Origin: Candidatus Woesearchaeota archaeon
GTDB taxonomy: Archaea > Nanobdellota > Nanobdellia > Woesearchaeales > GW2011-AR4
Direction: 5' to 3'
DNA: 64,000 nucleotides
NCBI GenBank assembly: GCA_016184145.1
Contig: JACPDF010000023.1
Coordinates: 1,229-65,228 of the forward strand
Part shown: in pieces, positions 9,717-19,594 of the stretch
Position numbering within the stretch: the first letter of the stretch is position 1
How the letters are laid out: each line of letters starts with the position of its first letter
Notes under the pieces: model-generated
The model's database searches: none
Seen by the model: the letters and a program-made list of their open reading frames with translations, nothing else
What the model was told of the DNA's origin: nothing
Translations under genes and position numbers: made by a program

Positions 9717-10565
9717 ATGATTACCACTGATTTTCTCGACCAGCTGAACAGGTTCCATTTAGTGGTAAAGAAGAGGGTCACATCCAATTATGTGGGTCCC
9801 AGAAGGTCGATTGCGGCAGGAAGGGGCTTGACATTTAAAGAACACAGGCTGTATGCTCCAGGAGACGACATAAGGCTGATAGACTGGAGAGTATTTGCCA
9901 GGACTGATGACTTGCATGTAAAGACATTTGAGGAGGAAAGGAACCTTACAGTGCACCTTGTCATAGATGCAAGCGCCTCGATGGGATTTGGCAAGCCGAT
10001 AAGCAAGTTTGACTATGCCTCAATGATAGGAGTTGGCTTTGCTTACCTTTCCATGAGGGAAAATGAGAAATTCCAGTTCTCCACATTTAATGAAAAGCTG
10101 GACATATTTCAGTCAAGGAGAGGGATGTCCCAGCTTGCAAGCATGGTCTACCATCTCAACAACACAAAAACGCAAGGTACTTCAAAATTCATGGATGCAA
10201 TGCTGCAGTACAAGAAAGTCATCGGGACAAGGTCTCTGCTTGTCCTTGTGTCGGATTTTTTGGTTGACATTAATGAGATTATAGGCGGCCTTTACACTCT
10301 TGGAGACCATGAGATAAAGATAATACAGGTGCTTGACCCGATAGAAAAAGAGCTCAAATACCATGGCGACTTTAAGCTGATAGACAGCGAGACGCAAGGC
10401 AAGCTAAGGACTTTCATAAGCCCAAGATTAAGGGTAGAGTACCAGGAGATGCTGGACAGGCACGTCGCAAGATTAGAGGAAACGTGCAACGCCCTGGGAA
10501 TGCATTTCTACCAGATAACAACAGATACGCCGATATTTGACGCTTTCTATAGGGTTTTAGAATAG
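9717..10565 (+). CDS. DUF58-family protein (vWA-like), usual MoxR partner
   Basis: HLVIDASASMGFG motif; directly downstream of the MoxR gene. Confidence 0.75.
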   Translation: MITTDFLDQLNRFHLVVKKRVTSNYVGPRRSIAAGRGLTFKEHRLYAPGDDIRLIDWRVFARTDDLHVKTFEEERNLTVHLVIDASASMGFGKPISKFDYASMIGVGFAYLSMRENEKFQFSTFNEKLDIFQSRRGMSQLASMVYHLNNTKTQGTSKFMDAMLQYKKVIGTRSLLVLVSDFLVDINEIIGGLYTLGDHEIKIIQVLDPIEKELKYHGDFKLIDSETQGKLRTFISPRLRVEYQEMLDRHVARLEETCNALGMHFYQITTDTPIFDAFYRVLE

Positions 10566-10620
10566 AAAGCTACGAACGAGCGTAGCGAGTGAGTATGCTT
10601 TTTACAGGGTTTTGGAATGA
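10566..10620. repeat. mini-element (AAAGCTACGAAC...AGTGAGTATGCTTT) followed by a synonymous duplicate of the DUF58 gene's 3' end
   Basis: 10597-10620 re-encodes AFYRVLE* with 4 synonymous changes relative to 10542-10565; termini are shared with the 54519-54622 element. Confidence 0.55.
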
Positions 10621-11586
10621 CTATATCCATTCTTTTTTCTTGAAGTACACATAAGTTATAATTACAGAAGCCACCATTAACCCCAATGAAAAAAAATAGC
10701 CGTATTTCCAGTTAAGCTCCGGCATATTGAATATTGAGCTTGTATCAAAATTCATTCCATAAATTGACGCAATTAAGGTTGGAAATAAAACAAAAGATGC
10801 CCCTACTGTTAATGTCTTAATTGCTCTGTTCAGGTTGTTTGAAACAGCGCTCAAATAAATTTCCAATGTGCTGGTTAATATATCCCTATAAGTTCCAACC
10901 ATATCAATTAACTGCACAACATCGTTGTATAAAGTCCTGAAACGCTTTATATTTTTCTTGTCTATGTTGGCAACGTACTCCTTTTCTATAGATGCTATGA
11001 CATCCCTTGTGGCTGTAAGGGCTTTATGAAAAAATATGAGGGTTTTTTTAAGTGTAAAAATGCTATTCACTTTTACACTGCCTGGTTTTTCAATAATAAC
11101 ATCTTCCAAGTTGTCTATTTTTTCCTCCAAAGTGCTTAAAATTGAGAAATACGCATTAAAGACCTCGTCAAGGAGCCTGTAGGTAAAAAAGCTCATTGTA
11201 TGCTGTGCCATATCAATCTTTTTTGCCTCGATAAGCTGCATTATTTTATTAACGGAGCTTAGCTCTTTTAACGCGATTGTAATAACATTATTCTTGTTTT
11301 TGGAAATGAAAAGCGACAAAGGAGTTGTTGAAATTTCGTCATTCTCCACCCAAGGCGCCCTCACAACTATTAATGAATAATTGTCCAAATCAGAGACTTT
11401 CGGCCTTTCCTCTTCATCCAAAACCTCTTTTAGATCCTCCAAAGGGATGTTTGCTTTTTCAGATATCTCTATAAGCTCTTTTTCAGTTGGATTTATGCAG
11501 TGCGCCCAGCATTTTGTGGTTTCTGACAAGCCAACCAAAGAACCAAGCTTTACGCCTTCTTTCTGGAAATTATAGACATGAATCAT
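10621..11586 (-). CDS. corA: CorA-family Mg2+/Co2+ transporter
   Basis: YGMNF (GMN) motif followed by two C-terminal TM helices. Confidence 0.85.
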   Translation of the reverse strand: MIHVYNFQKEGVKLGSLVGLSETTKCWAHCINPTEKELIEISEKANIPLEDLKEVLDEEERPKVSDLDNYSLIVVRAPWVENDEISTTPLSLFISKNKNNVITIALKELSSVNKIMQLIEAKKIDMAQHTMSFFTYRLLDEVFNAYFSILSTLEEKIDNLEDVIIEKPGSVKVNSIFTLKKTLIFFHKALTATRDVIASIEKEYVANIDKKNIKRFRTLYNDVVQLIDMVGTYRDILTSTLEIYLSAVSNNLNRAIKTLTVGASFVLFPTLIASIYGMNFDTSSIFNMPELNWKYGYFFSLGLMVASVIITYVYFKKKEWI

Positions 11587-11682
11587 TCCAACTTGAGGTT
11601 AAGCTATATATATAAATTTTTTGCAGAATTATTTATGGTTTTCAGCAAAATGTATTTATACCTATTAAGTTAATTTGCCATT

Positions 11683-13452
11683 GTGAGGGTAAATAAAAAT
11701 CTGGCAATAGTATTTTTTTTGTTTGTTGTTGTCTTGATAAGCTATATCAATGTTTTCCGGAATGATTTTGCATGGGACGATAAATTCTTTATTGTGGATA
11801 ATACCCGCATAAGGGATTTGGGCAATATACCAAGTTTTTTTGCAGAACCGTCTCCAGGCAACTTGTACAGGCCTTTAAGGGAAGCATTTTACACTTTAAA
11901 TTACCAGCTATGGCAGCTTAATAAATTTGGCTACCACTTAAACAGCTTGCTGCTGCATTTTTTTGCTGCATTAATTTTGTTTTTTATAACGTTAAAAATA
12001 ACAAATAAGGCATTATTTTCTTTTGTTGCGTCATTATTTTTTGCTGCACATCCTATCCATACGGAAAGAATAACTAATATGACCGGAACTTTTGATGTTT
12101 TCGGCATTTTATTTTTCTTATTGTCGTTTTTATTTTATATAAATTATTCGAAAAAAGACAAAAAAAATTATTATTATTTTTCAATATTATTTTATTTATT
12201 GGCAATTTTCTCGACGGAGGAGGCAATAACATTAATTTTGATTTTATTTTTATATGAGTTCTCTTTCAATTACGAATTCAGCTTGGATAATATTAAATTA
12301 TTATCAAAAAAATACATCCCCTACATAATTGCAACAATTGTTTACCTGATGATCAGATTTTCTGTTGTGGGGCAGTTAGGCAGGACAGAAAGCTACTTTC
12401 AGCAGAGTTTTTTCGGAACTTTGCTGACGACAACAAAAATAATCGTTCTTTACATTGCAATGCTGTTTTTCCCTTCAAATTTAGTTATAGAAAGGTATGT
12501 AAAATTTGAAACATCTATTTTTAGTGCTGCTTTTCTGTTCTCGTTTATTATTTTATTATTGATAATTTTTTGCTTTATAAAATCCTATAAAAAATCAAAA
12601 ATCTTGTTTTTTTCAATAGGCTGGTTTTTCATAACATTGCTGCCGTTCACAAATTTATTTCCCCAGGTAACAATAATGGCAGAAAGGTACCTGTATTTGC
12701 CGTCTTTTGGTTTTGGCTTATTTTTAACAATTTTACTATTCCAGATAGATAAGGTAAAACAGATAAAAAAACACGGCAGAATTATAATAACTGTGTCAGC
12801 TATACTAATAACACTGTCTTATGCAGCTTTAACAATACAAAGGAATTCCGAATGGAGAGATAATTTTACATTACTAACAAAGGATGCTGAAAAAAATCCT
12901 TATGGCACAAGAATCCATCATGCAATTGCATTGCACTACAGAAATAATGGAGATTATGAGAATGCATTTAAATATGCATCAAGGGCAATTGAGCTAAGCA
13001 GCAAAAATTACAATGCATATGAAAATTTGGGGACAATCCTGGCGTATCAGAAAAAATATGACGAGGCTATAAAATTCTATAATAAGGCTCTTGAATTAAA
13101 CCCGAAATTTTATCTTGCAATGAATAATTTAGGCCTGGTCTATAGCTATATGGGTGATTCGAACACCTCTGTATATTACCTGAAAAAAGCAATAGAAATA
13201 GATCCAAAGCTGTCGAAGGCGTATAATGATTTAGGCACTGTTTACGCCCAGATGGGCGAATTTGATTCAGCAATAAAAGAAATGGAAAAGTCAATAGAAA
13301 TAAACCATTATAATGCTGACTATTATTATAATTTAGCTGTTATATATGAATATTTAAAAGATAAAGCGAAAGCGGCAGAACTCCTGGCAAAAGCATTGGA
13401 GATAGAGCCTGACAACAAAAAAATCAGGAATAAATTAGCAAGTATAAAATGA
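11683..13452 (+). CDS. GT-C-like multi-pass membrane protein with C-terminal TPR repeats (GTG start)
   Basis: about 12 TM helices, then TPR-type repeats (NAYENLGTILAYQKKYDEAIKFYNKALELNP...). Confidence 0.6.
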   Translation: MRVNKNLAIVFFLFVVVLISYINVFRNDFAWDDKFFIVDNTRIRDLGNIPSFFAEPSPGNLYRPLREAFYTLNYQLWQLNKFGYHLNSLLLHFFAALILFFITLKITNKALFSFVASLFFAAHPIHTERITNMTGTFDVFGILFFLLSFLFYINYSKKDKKNYYYFSILFYLLAIFSTEEAITLILILFLYEFSFNYEFSLDNIKLLSKKYIPYIIATIVYLMIRFSVVGQLGRTESYFQQSFFGTLLTTTKIIVLYIAMLFFPSNLVIERYVKFETSIFSAAFLFSFIILLLIIFCFIKSYKKSKILFFSIGWFFITLLPFTNLFPQVTIMAERYLYLPSFGFGLFLTILLFQIDKVKQIKKHGRIIITVSAILITLSYAALTIQRNSEWRDNFTLLTKDAEKNPYGTRIHHAIALHYRNNGDYENAFKYASRAIELSSKNYNAYENLGTILAYQKKYDEAIKFYNKALELNPKFYLAMNNLGLVYSYMGDSNTSVYYLKKAIEIDPKLSKAYNDLGTVYAQMGEFDSAIKEMEKSIEINHYNADYYYNLAVIYEYLKDKAKAAELLAKALEIEPDNKKIRNKLASIK

Positions 13453-15203
13453 GATACAAACAGGAGTTAGCAGCATTGATTATTTTTTTGATAATATCTA
13501 TAGCTTTTGTTTATCCTGTTTTCCAGAACATAAAAAATTGGGGCATACATGACTGGGACCAGCATTTAATGCTAAATGCTATGCCTAAAGAAACAATTTT
13601 GGAATTTGGGCAGTTCCCTTTATGGAGCCCTTATTATTGCGGCGGCAATGTCATGCTTGCAAACCCCCAAAGCAGCTTCTTAAGCCCATTGTTTGTTTTT
13701 GTCTTGATTTTTGGAGAGCTAACAGGGCTGAAATTATTGATTTTTATTTATTTGGTGACTGGCTTATTTGGGATGTTTTTGCTGGCAAGGCACTTAAAAA
13801 TCCCGCTAATCCCTTCATACCTAACCGCATTTTTATTTATGTTAAGCGGCTTGTATGCTATGCATATTTCTGTAGGCCATACTGTGTGGATGCAAATGGC
13901 CCTTATCCCTTATGTTTTTTTGTTTTATCTGAAAAGCTTAAACGACGCTAAATTTTTATTTCTCGCTGCCTTGTTCATGGCATTTATTTTCCTAGGAGGG
14001 GGAATTTACCCTTTGCTTTTAATTGCCTTATTTTTGGTTTTTTATTCTGCGCTAATCACCATAAAAGACTGGAGAAAATCAAAAGCAAAATACTTGCGAA
14101 GCATGGCTATTGTTTTTTTGCTGTTTGTTTTATTGGGTTCTGTAAAATTAATCCCGATGCTTGAGTTTGCAAAGGATCATTCTTATGTTAAAAAAGACGT
14201 GCAGGACAATGACATTGGGAAAATGATTGAGGCCTTAACTTTTAGGGATATAACATCAAGAATGGGTTATATGTATGATTACAGGATAAACGGCTATACA
14301 GAAGCAATATGGAATTGGCATGAATACCATGCGTATATTGGGTTCTTGCCTCTGCTATTGTTTTTAATGGCCTCTATTTTGCTGTTTAGAAAAGAATGGC
14401 CTTTGATAGTATTGGCAATTTTATTTTTCCTTATTGCGTGGGGCGACAATGCAATAATAAATATTTGGGGCTTATTAAGGCAGCTGCCGTTCATTTCTGA
14501 TCTGCACGGCTCATCAAGATTCCTGGCCATGTTTATATTTCCAGCGTCATTGATTATAGGAAAAGCTGCTGCAATTTTTGTGCATAAAAAAATGATTATT
14601 GGATTTAAAAATAAAAAATTCAATTTTTTGAAAATAATCCTGATTTTGCTTGTTTTAGCGGTTTTTATTGATTTGTTTTTGGTTAATTCCCAATTGTTTG
14701 CGCATTCTTTTGTTGTAAAGCCGATAAAAATAGAAAAACAGGAATTTGCGCAAGTTACTGGCGTAAAGGAAAAAACCCAATATCCCACGTTTTTAGCTAA
14801 TTTAGGCCTTGTTAATTGCTTCGAAAAGGTCAAGCCAGAGCTTAAGGCAATACCCAAATACGATACAAAAACGGGTGCTATATATACCAATTATATAGGA
14901 GAATCTTACATATTGGAAAGCAATAATACGCAGCAAATTACTTATTTTTCCCCAAATAAAGTAAAAGTAAAAGCAAATGAAAGCGGTACATTGGTATTAA
15001 ACCAGAACTATGCAAAGGGATGGAAAATTAAGGATGGCAAAACAAAAAATGTAAATGGGCTTATTGGGGCTATGGTTGAGGCAAACCAAGAGCTTACATT
15101 CTACTATCTGCCAAATAGTTTCCTATTAGGGCTATTTGTTTCTATGTTCACACTAATTGCCGCAGCATTTTATATTTCTAAAGCATCTAAGAAAAGGGGT
15201 TAA
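13449..15203 (+). CDS. large polytopic membrane protein (putative glycosyltransferase, YfhO/DUF2079-like)
   Basis: 584 aa, more than 10 TM helices, ATGA overlap with the upstream TPR gene, precedes the S-layer-like gene. Confidence 0.45.
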   Translation: MRYKQELAALIIFLIISIAFVYPVFQNIKNWGIHDWDQHLMLNAMPKETILEFGQFPLWSPYYCGGNVMLANPQSSFLSPLFVFVLIFGELTGLKLLIFIYLVTGLFGMFLLARHLKIPLIPSYLTAFLFMLSGLYAMHISVGHTVWMQMALIPYVFLFYLKSLNDAKFLFLAALFMAFIFLGGGIYPLLLIALFLVFYSALITIKDWRKSKAKYLRSMAIVFLLFVLLGSVKLIPMLEFAKDHSYVKKDVQDNDIGKMIEALTFRDITSRMGYMYDYRINGYTEAIWNWHEYHAYIGFLPLLLFLMASILLFRKEWPLIVLAILFFLIAWGDNAIINIWGLLRQLPFISDLHGSSRFLAMFIFPASLIIGKAAAIFVHKKMIIGFKNKKFNFLKIILILLVLAVFIDLFLVNSQLFAHSFVVKPIKIEKQEFAQVTGVKEKTQYPTFLANLGLVNCFEKVKPELKAIPKYDTKTGAIYTNYIGESYILESNNTQQITYFSPNKVKVKANESGTLVLNQNYAKGWKIKDGKTKNVNGLIGAMVEANQELTFYYLPNSFLLGLFVSMFTLIAAAFYISKASKKRG

Positions 15204-15472
15204 GTCAAGTTATGTGTGTTGTTAAATTTTCAATCCACCTTCGGCCAATATAGTCGCTCGGCTCGCTCCCTTGCCATACGCTCGCCTCGCGGATTTATTT
15301 CTAATCAATTATGCTCTTTCGACACTTAACTTGAAATTGCCTAAGAAAAGCCAAAAGCTTAAATAGCACCTTGCCTATATCTTTCCTATAAGTTATCATT
15401 AAGTTATCATTAATATAGGCATAACTTATATAATGAAATATATATATTCTACAAAATAACTAAATCGCAACA

Positions 15473-15573
15473 TTTAAATAGGATTAATTTACTTATACTG
15501 CAGAGAAACTCATAATCATGAGAGTTTCCTATATAAACAACAAAAAAACAAACACAAGGAGGTGTTTAGTCAG
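15473..15573 (+). promoter_or_regulatory. putative promoter/RBS region of the S-layer-like gene
   Basis: TTTAAATA box at 15473-15480 and GGAGGTG at 15558-15564, 9 nt before the ATG at 15574. Confidence 0.3.
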
Positions 15574-18183
15574 ATGAGATTTAACAAAACGATAAAGAGA
15601 ATTTCTGCTCTAGGTTTAGGAGCATCAATGGTTGGTGCAACAATCTTCGGCGCAATGGCCGCTGATTTGTCAAACTATCCAAGCCAATACATTAAAGACG
15701 GCAAGTTTACAGGCGTCCTAGTTGTAGGAGACAGAGCTGCAGCAGAAGACGTTATCGGTGTTTCTGACATCGTAGCAAGTTTGCAGTTCGCAGCGACAAA
15801 GCCAGCTGGGGATGTAGCAAGCACACTAACAGCAGAAAATGCCTGGAAAGTCGGAAGCAGCACTAAGATTTTGGAATTAAGCGAAAATATTGCAACAGGC
15901 GATAGCAGAGAAACATTAAGAAACATCACACAATTTGTTGATGATGGTGACTTGAATGCTTTAGCATCTGGAACAGTTACAAATGGAAAAGGAGATGCAC
16001 CATATAACCAATATCTATATCTATTAGGGCCAGGAGGAGGAAATCAAGTAAATACGGGGTATGTTGTCTACACAGAAGATGATAATTCTGTTACAGATAC
16101 GTTCCTATATTTTAAGTCAGGAACTGAAATAGGAAGGTACTTGCTTGAGTTTACAACAGCTCTTGAGTCTGATGTCGATGACAGCGCTGGCGCTGCAACG
16201 ACAACGGGACTTTACCTTACAGATTTTGAGGATACTGACCTCGAGATGTTTGGAAAGAAATATTCTATTGTTACAGCTAGAAGGACATCTTCAACAACTA
16301 ACGGAGGCAAGAACATCAAATTAACTTTGATGGGCGGGGCAGTAAAAGACACACTAGTGGAAGGAAGCACAAAAACCTACACAATTGATGGCAAAGACTA
16401 TGAAGTTACAGTGGATTTCGTAGACTCAAACAGTGCTAAGCTTACCATTAACGGTGAAGCTACAAGAGACTTGCTTGAGGGAGAGACAGACAAGCTTTCT
16501 GACGGAACTACAATAGGAGTCTCAGAGATCCTGTATCAGGACTATGCAGGCGGTGTCCATAATGTGGAGTTTTTCTTGGGAGCCCAAAAAGTAGAGCTGC
16601 AAGATTCAGATGTATCGGATGTTGCATCATCACATGCCCTCAAAGTGGGTGATGATACAATTGATGACGCATTTGTGATTATTGAAGGTACAAATGACAA
16701 CAGTTCATTCAAGATAAGCAGGATACATGTAAACATGACAGCAGATGACGACTTTTATGTGCCAGTAGGAGGCAAATTAAGCGAGAATTCAGATTTGGAT
16801 GAGCCAGAGGTGATATTTACCAATAACTGGGACTTTGAGTACAAAGGATTAAGTGATGAGCTAACAGAAACAATCGAGATAGAAACAAGCGGCAACAAGA
16901 GATACAACCTGAAATTCAAAGACGGAGACGGTGAGGATGTAACACTTCCTTTAATAGAAGCAACAGCTGCTTCAGTGCTGGAGTTCGGAGAAAAAGACAA
17001 AGCATTGATTAATGTAGAAAACAAGACAATAGCCAAAGATGACTACCTCATCTTAACTGACAACTCTAAAAACCGAGGGGAAAGAAAGAGCTATGTACTC
17101 CAATATAAGGGAGCAGATAAATTATCTTCAGATAGCCATGTAGTGAAGTTCAAAAACCTAGGCAATGGTGAAACAATTGAGCAGAGCTATACAAACTCTA
17201 CCCCATTGGCAACCTTAAAGATAGGCGGTGCCGATTACAGAGTTTATGTAGCAGATACTGAAATGGCAGGTCTTCAAGCAAACGATTTTGGCGTTTGGGT
17301 TGATTTAGATTCAAGTGGAGGCTTGGTAAATAACGCCAGCACAAACATTACAACATGGTATGGAATGGAGATAGGGATACAAAACGCTTCAATGATTGGT
17401 GGTTTTTCTGACACCTCGAATGGTGTGATTGTGTCATTTAAAACTCCAGACAATACCAGAGATGGAGGAACTACCCAGGATAATGTAGAGACATTGCAGG
17501 CTACAGATTATGCTGTCAACCTGACATCTGACTCCAGTACGAAGGTAGCGCTTGCTGTACTGACAGGCTGGACAGGGGGACAAAAAGGAACAGCTCTTAG
17601 CGAAAAAACACCTGATGGTGAGACTAATGTGCAGTATACCTATACAAGCTATGGCGCAAAAATAACAAGGAATTCGCCATCAAGCGAGCCAGGAACGCTG
17701 AAAATAGATTATCCAGAGAAGCAAACAGAAGCTTTAGTTTACGTAACTGCTAAAGGAGCAACATTCAGCAGCGTAGCAGAAGGCGGAGCTGTAACAATCC
17801 AAAGGATTGATGTCGGAGCTACAAAATTAGCTTCAGAAGTTGCAAACATCAACAGTGTTAACTCAATCCTTGTTGGAGGGCCATGCGCTAACGCAGCAGC
17901 TGCAGAAGTCATGGGCAACCCAGCAGATTGCACAGCAGGATTTACACCTGGCGTAGGATTAGTCCAGGTCTGGGATGTTGGAACAGGCAATGTTGCCATG
18001 TTGGTAGCTGGTTATGCTGCAGCAGACACAAGAAATGCAGCAGCAGTAGTCTCTAATTACCAGGACTACAAGAGCCAGTTCAAGGGAGCTAAGGTAGAGG
18101 TAAAGAAAGTTGGTTCAACCTTGACTGTTGCTGAGCCAAGCACCGCTGCACCAGCAATGGAAGAAGAAACAACAACTGAATAA
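15574..18183 (+). CDS. secreted S-layer-like surface protein
   Basis: signal peptide MRFNKTIKRISALGLGASMVGATIFGAMA, T/S/D/G-rich, acidic C-terminus, strong RBS. Confidence 0.6.
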   Translation: MRFNKTIKRISALGLGASMVGATIFGAMAADLSNYPSQYIKDGKFTGVLVVGDRAAAEDVIGVSDIVASLQFAATKPAGDVASTLTAENAWKVGSSTKILELSENIATGDSRETLRNITQFVDDGDLNALASGTVTNGKGDAPYNQYLYLLGPGGGNQVNTGYVVYTEDDNSVTDTFLYFKSGTEIGRYLLEFTTALESDVDDSAGAATTTGLYLTDFEDTDLEMFGKKYSIVTARRTSSTTNGGKNIKLTLMGGAVKDTLVEGSTKTYTIDGKDYEVTVDFVDSNSAKLTINGEATRDLLEGETDKLSDGTTIGVSEILYQDYAGGVHNVEFFLGAQKVELQDSDVSDVASSHALKVGDDTIDDAFVIIEGTNDNSSFKISRIHVNMTADDDFYVPVGGKLSENSDLDEPEVIFTNNWDFEYKGLSDELTETIEIETSGNKRYNLKFKDGDGEDVTLPLIEATAASVLEFGEKDKALINVENKTIAKDDYLILTDNSKNRGERKSYVLQYKGADKLSSDSHVVKFKNLGNGETIEQSYTNSTPLATLKIGGADYRVYVADTEMAGLQANDFGVWVDLDSSGGLVNNASTNITTWYGMEIGIQNASMIGGFSDTSNGVIVSFKTPDNTRDGGTTQDNVETLQATDYAVNLTSDSSTKVALAVLTGWTGGQKGTALSEKTPDGETNVQYTYTSYGAKITRNSPSSEPGTLKIDYPEKQTEALVYVTAKGATFSSVAEGGAVTIQRIDVGATKLASEVANINSVNSILVGGPCANAAAAEVMGNPADCTAGFTPGVGLVQVWDVGTGNVAMLVAGYAAADTRNAAAVVSNYQDYKSQFKGAKVEVKKVGSTLTVAEPSTAAPAMEEETTTE

Positions 18184-18200
18184 AGGAAGCTAAAACACGC

Positions 18201-18242
18201 AAAAATCGAAGATTTTTGGTGTCCTGAAAATCAAAGATTTTC
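18201..18242. terminator. two tandem AAAATC-N3-GATTTT hairpins downstream of the S-layer-like gene
   Basis: aaaaatcgaagattttt and gaaaatcaaagattttc; the second 17-mer is identical to one inside the enolase 3' end. Confidence 0.3.
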
Positions 18243-18309
18243 ATGACTTCCTTAATTTTTTCTTTTGAAGGAATTGTGGGACAATAAAGAAGATGAAGTG
18301 TGGGAAAAC

Positions 18310-19533
18310 TTAGGAACTTAACAATTCTCCAAGAAATATATTATGCTTTGTTCTCCTAATCTTCAGCTTAACAGAGCCTTCTTTTTTATCACAATTAGGC
18401 ACGGAAATAAGCCTGTCACGGGCTACAGCCAGCATTTCTCCCGGCAACCTTCCAGGCAGGACTATCTTAGCCTCTATAACCTCGCCTTTTTTGAAGGGCT
18501 TGGGGTATTCCCTGCAATCCTTAATCTTGAAGTCTTTAGCTTCAAAAAGCAGCTTTAAGCCGTGTTTTTTCTCCAAATCCTTCATCTTCTCAAAGAAAAC
18601 GTCTAAATCCATTGGTTTCATGGGATTTCGGCCGAATTTGTAAGGCAGGAAGTTCTGGATTCCTATAGCAGGCCCTGTCTTGCCAGCGCCTATGTCGCGA
18701 GCAAATTTAGCCAATTTGACAATCTCATCATCATTATAGCCTGGCAGCCATACAGGAGTCAAAATGAGGTCCATCCTCGTTGGAATATATTTAGCGATGT
18801 CCAAAACATGTTTTAAGGGGTACGGGCTTCCGTATAAGGTATTTGCAAGCTTCTGGTCAAGCGCATGCAGCGAAAGATTGACTCTAGTCAATCCAGCATC
18901 TGCAAGCTGATCAACCAGCTTTTTGCTCAAAAAAACGCCGTTTGTGTCTATAGAAATCATATTGACAGCTTTTATTTTCGCTATATCCCTTACCAGGGGA
19001 ACAATATCCGCATATAAAAGAGGCTCTCCCTGCGAGTTGATATGTGCATCTATTCCATCAATATTCTTGAATTCAATCAATTTCTTCAATTCCTGCATAA
19101 TATAGTCCTTCTCGACAACGAAATCAACTTTCCTTCTTGATTTTGGGCCTTCATCCACAGAGCAGAAAATACAGCCAAGGTTGCAGCTTGTTATGGGCTT
19201 GATCTCTATCAAATTTGTCCCTCTGTCAATAATGCCAAAATAATTGGTTCCAATTAGGGGTATTCCCGAATATTTATGGATATAATACGAACCCTTATTG
19301 GCTATTTTGTTTTTCAGCGATTTAAATGAGCTGGAAAGAAGCAGGGTAAATTTTCTTCTTGCCTTGCCCTCGTTAGCCTTGGAGAATATGATTTTTTTCC
19401 GTTCTATCCTGTATGGGCTTATTTTTTCAATCATTCCCTTGTCTACGTCTGTATAAAACAGGTTCATAAAGTATATCCTGACCTTTCCATCCCTTTCCTC
19501 AAATACCAAGTCCTCAAATTCAAGTTCTGCCAT
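18310..19533 (-). CDS. radical SAM domain protein with C-terminal OB/TRAM-like region
   Basis: CNLGCIFCSVDEG (Cx3Cx2C) cluster; 407 aa. Confidence 0.65.
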   Translation of the reverse strand: MAELEFEDLVFEERDGKVRIYFMNLFYTDVDKGMIEKISPYRIERKKIIFSKANEGKARRKFTLLLSSSFKSLKNKIANKGSYYIHKYSGIPLIGTNYFGIIDRGTNLIEIKPITSCNLGCIFCSVDEGPKSRRKVDFVVEKDYIMQELKKLIEFKNIDGIDAHINSQGEPLLYADIVPLVRDIAKIKAVNMISIDTNGVFLSKKLVDQLADAGLTRVNLSLHALDQKLANTLYGSPYPLKHVLDIAKYIPTRMDLILTPVWLPGYNDDEIVKLAKFARDIGAGKTGPAIGIQNFLPYKFGRNPMKPMDLDVFFEKMKDLEKKHGLKLLFEAKDFKIKDCREYPKPFKKGEVIEAKIVLPGRLPGEMLAVARDRLISVPNCDKKEGSVKLKIRRTKHNIFLGELLSS

Positions 19534-19594
19534 AGGTCCAGCAAAAAAAGGAAATTATATAAATATATCCCAATTTTGACAGCTTGGGTGTGGT

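Noticed and set aside
9459-9758. 99-aa minus-strand ORF across the GC-rich intergenic region
   Set aside because: It overlaps the DUF58 start and is open only because GC-rich sequence lacks stop codons; it is more likely structured non-coding DNA.
15388-15420. Direct repeat aagttatcatta x2 upstream of the S-layer-like gene as a possible regulatory site
   Set aside because: Short AT-rich tandem duplications are common in this composition, and there is no second line of evidence.
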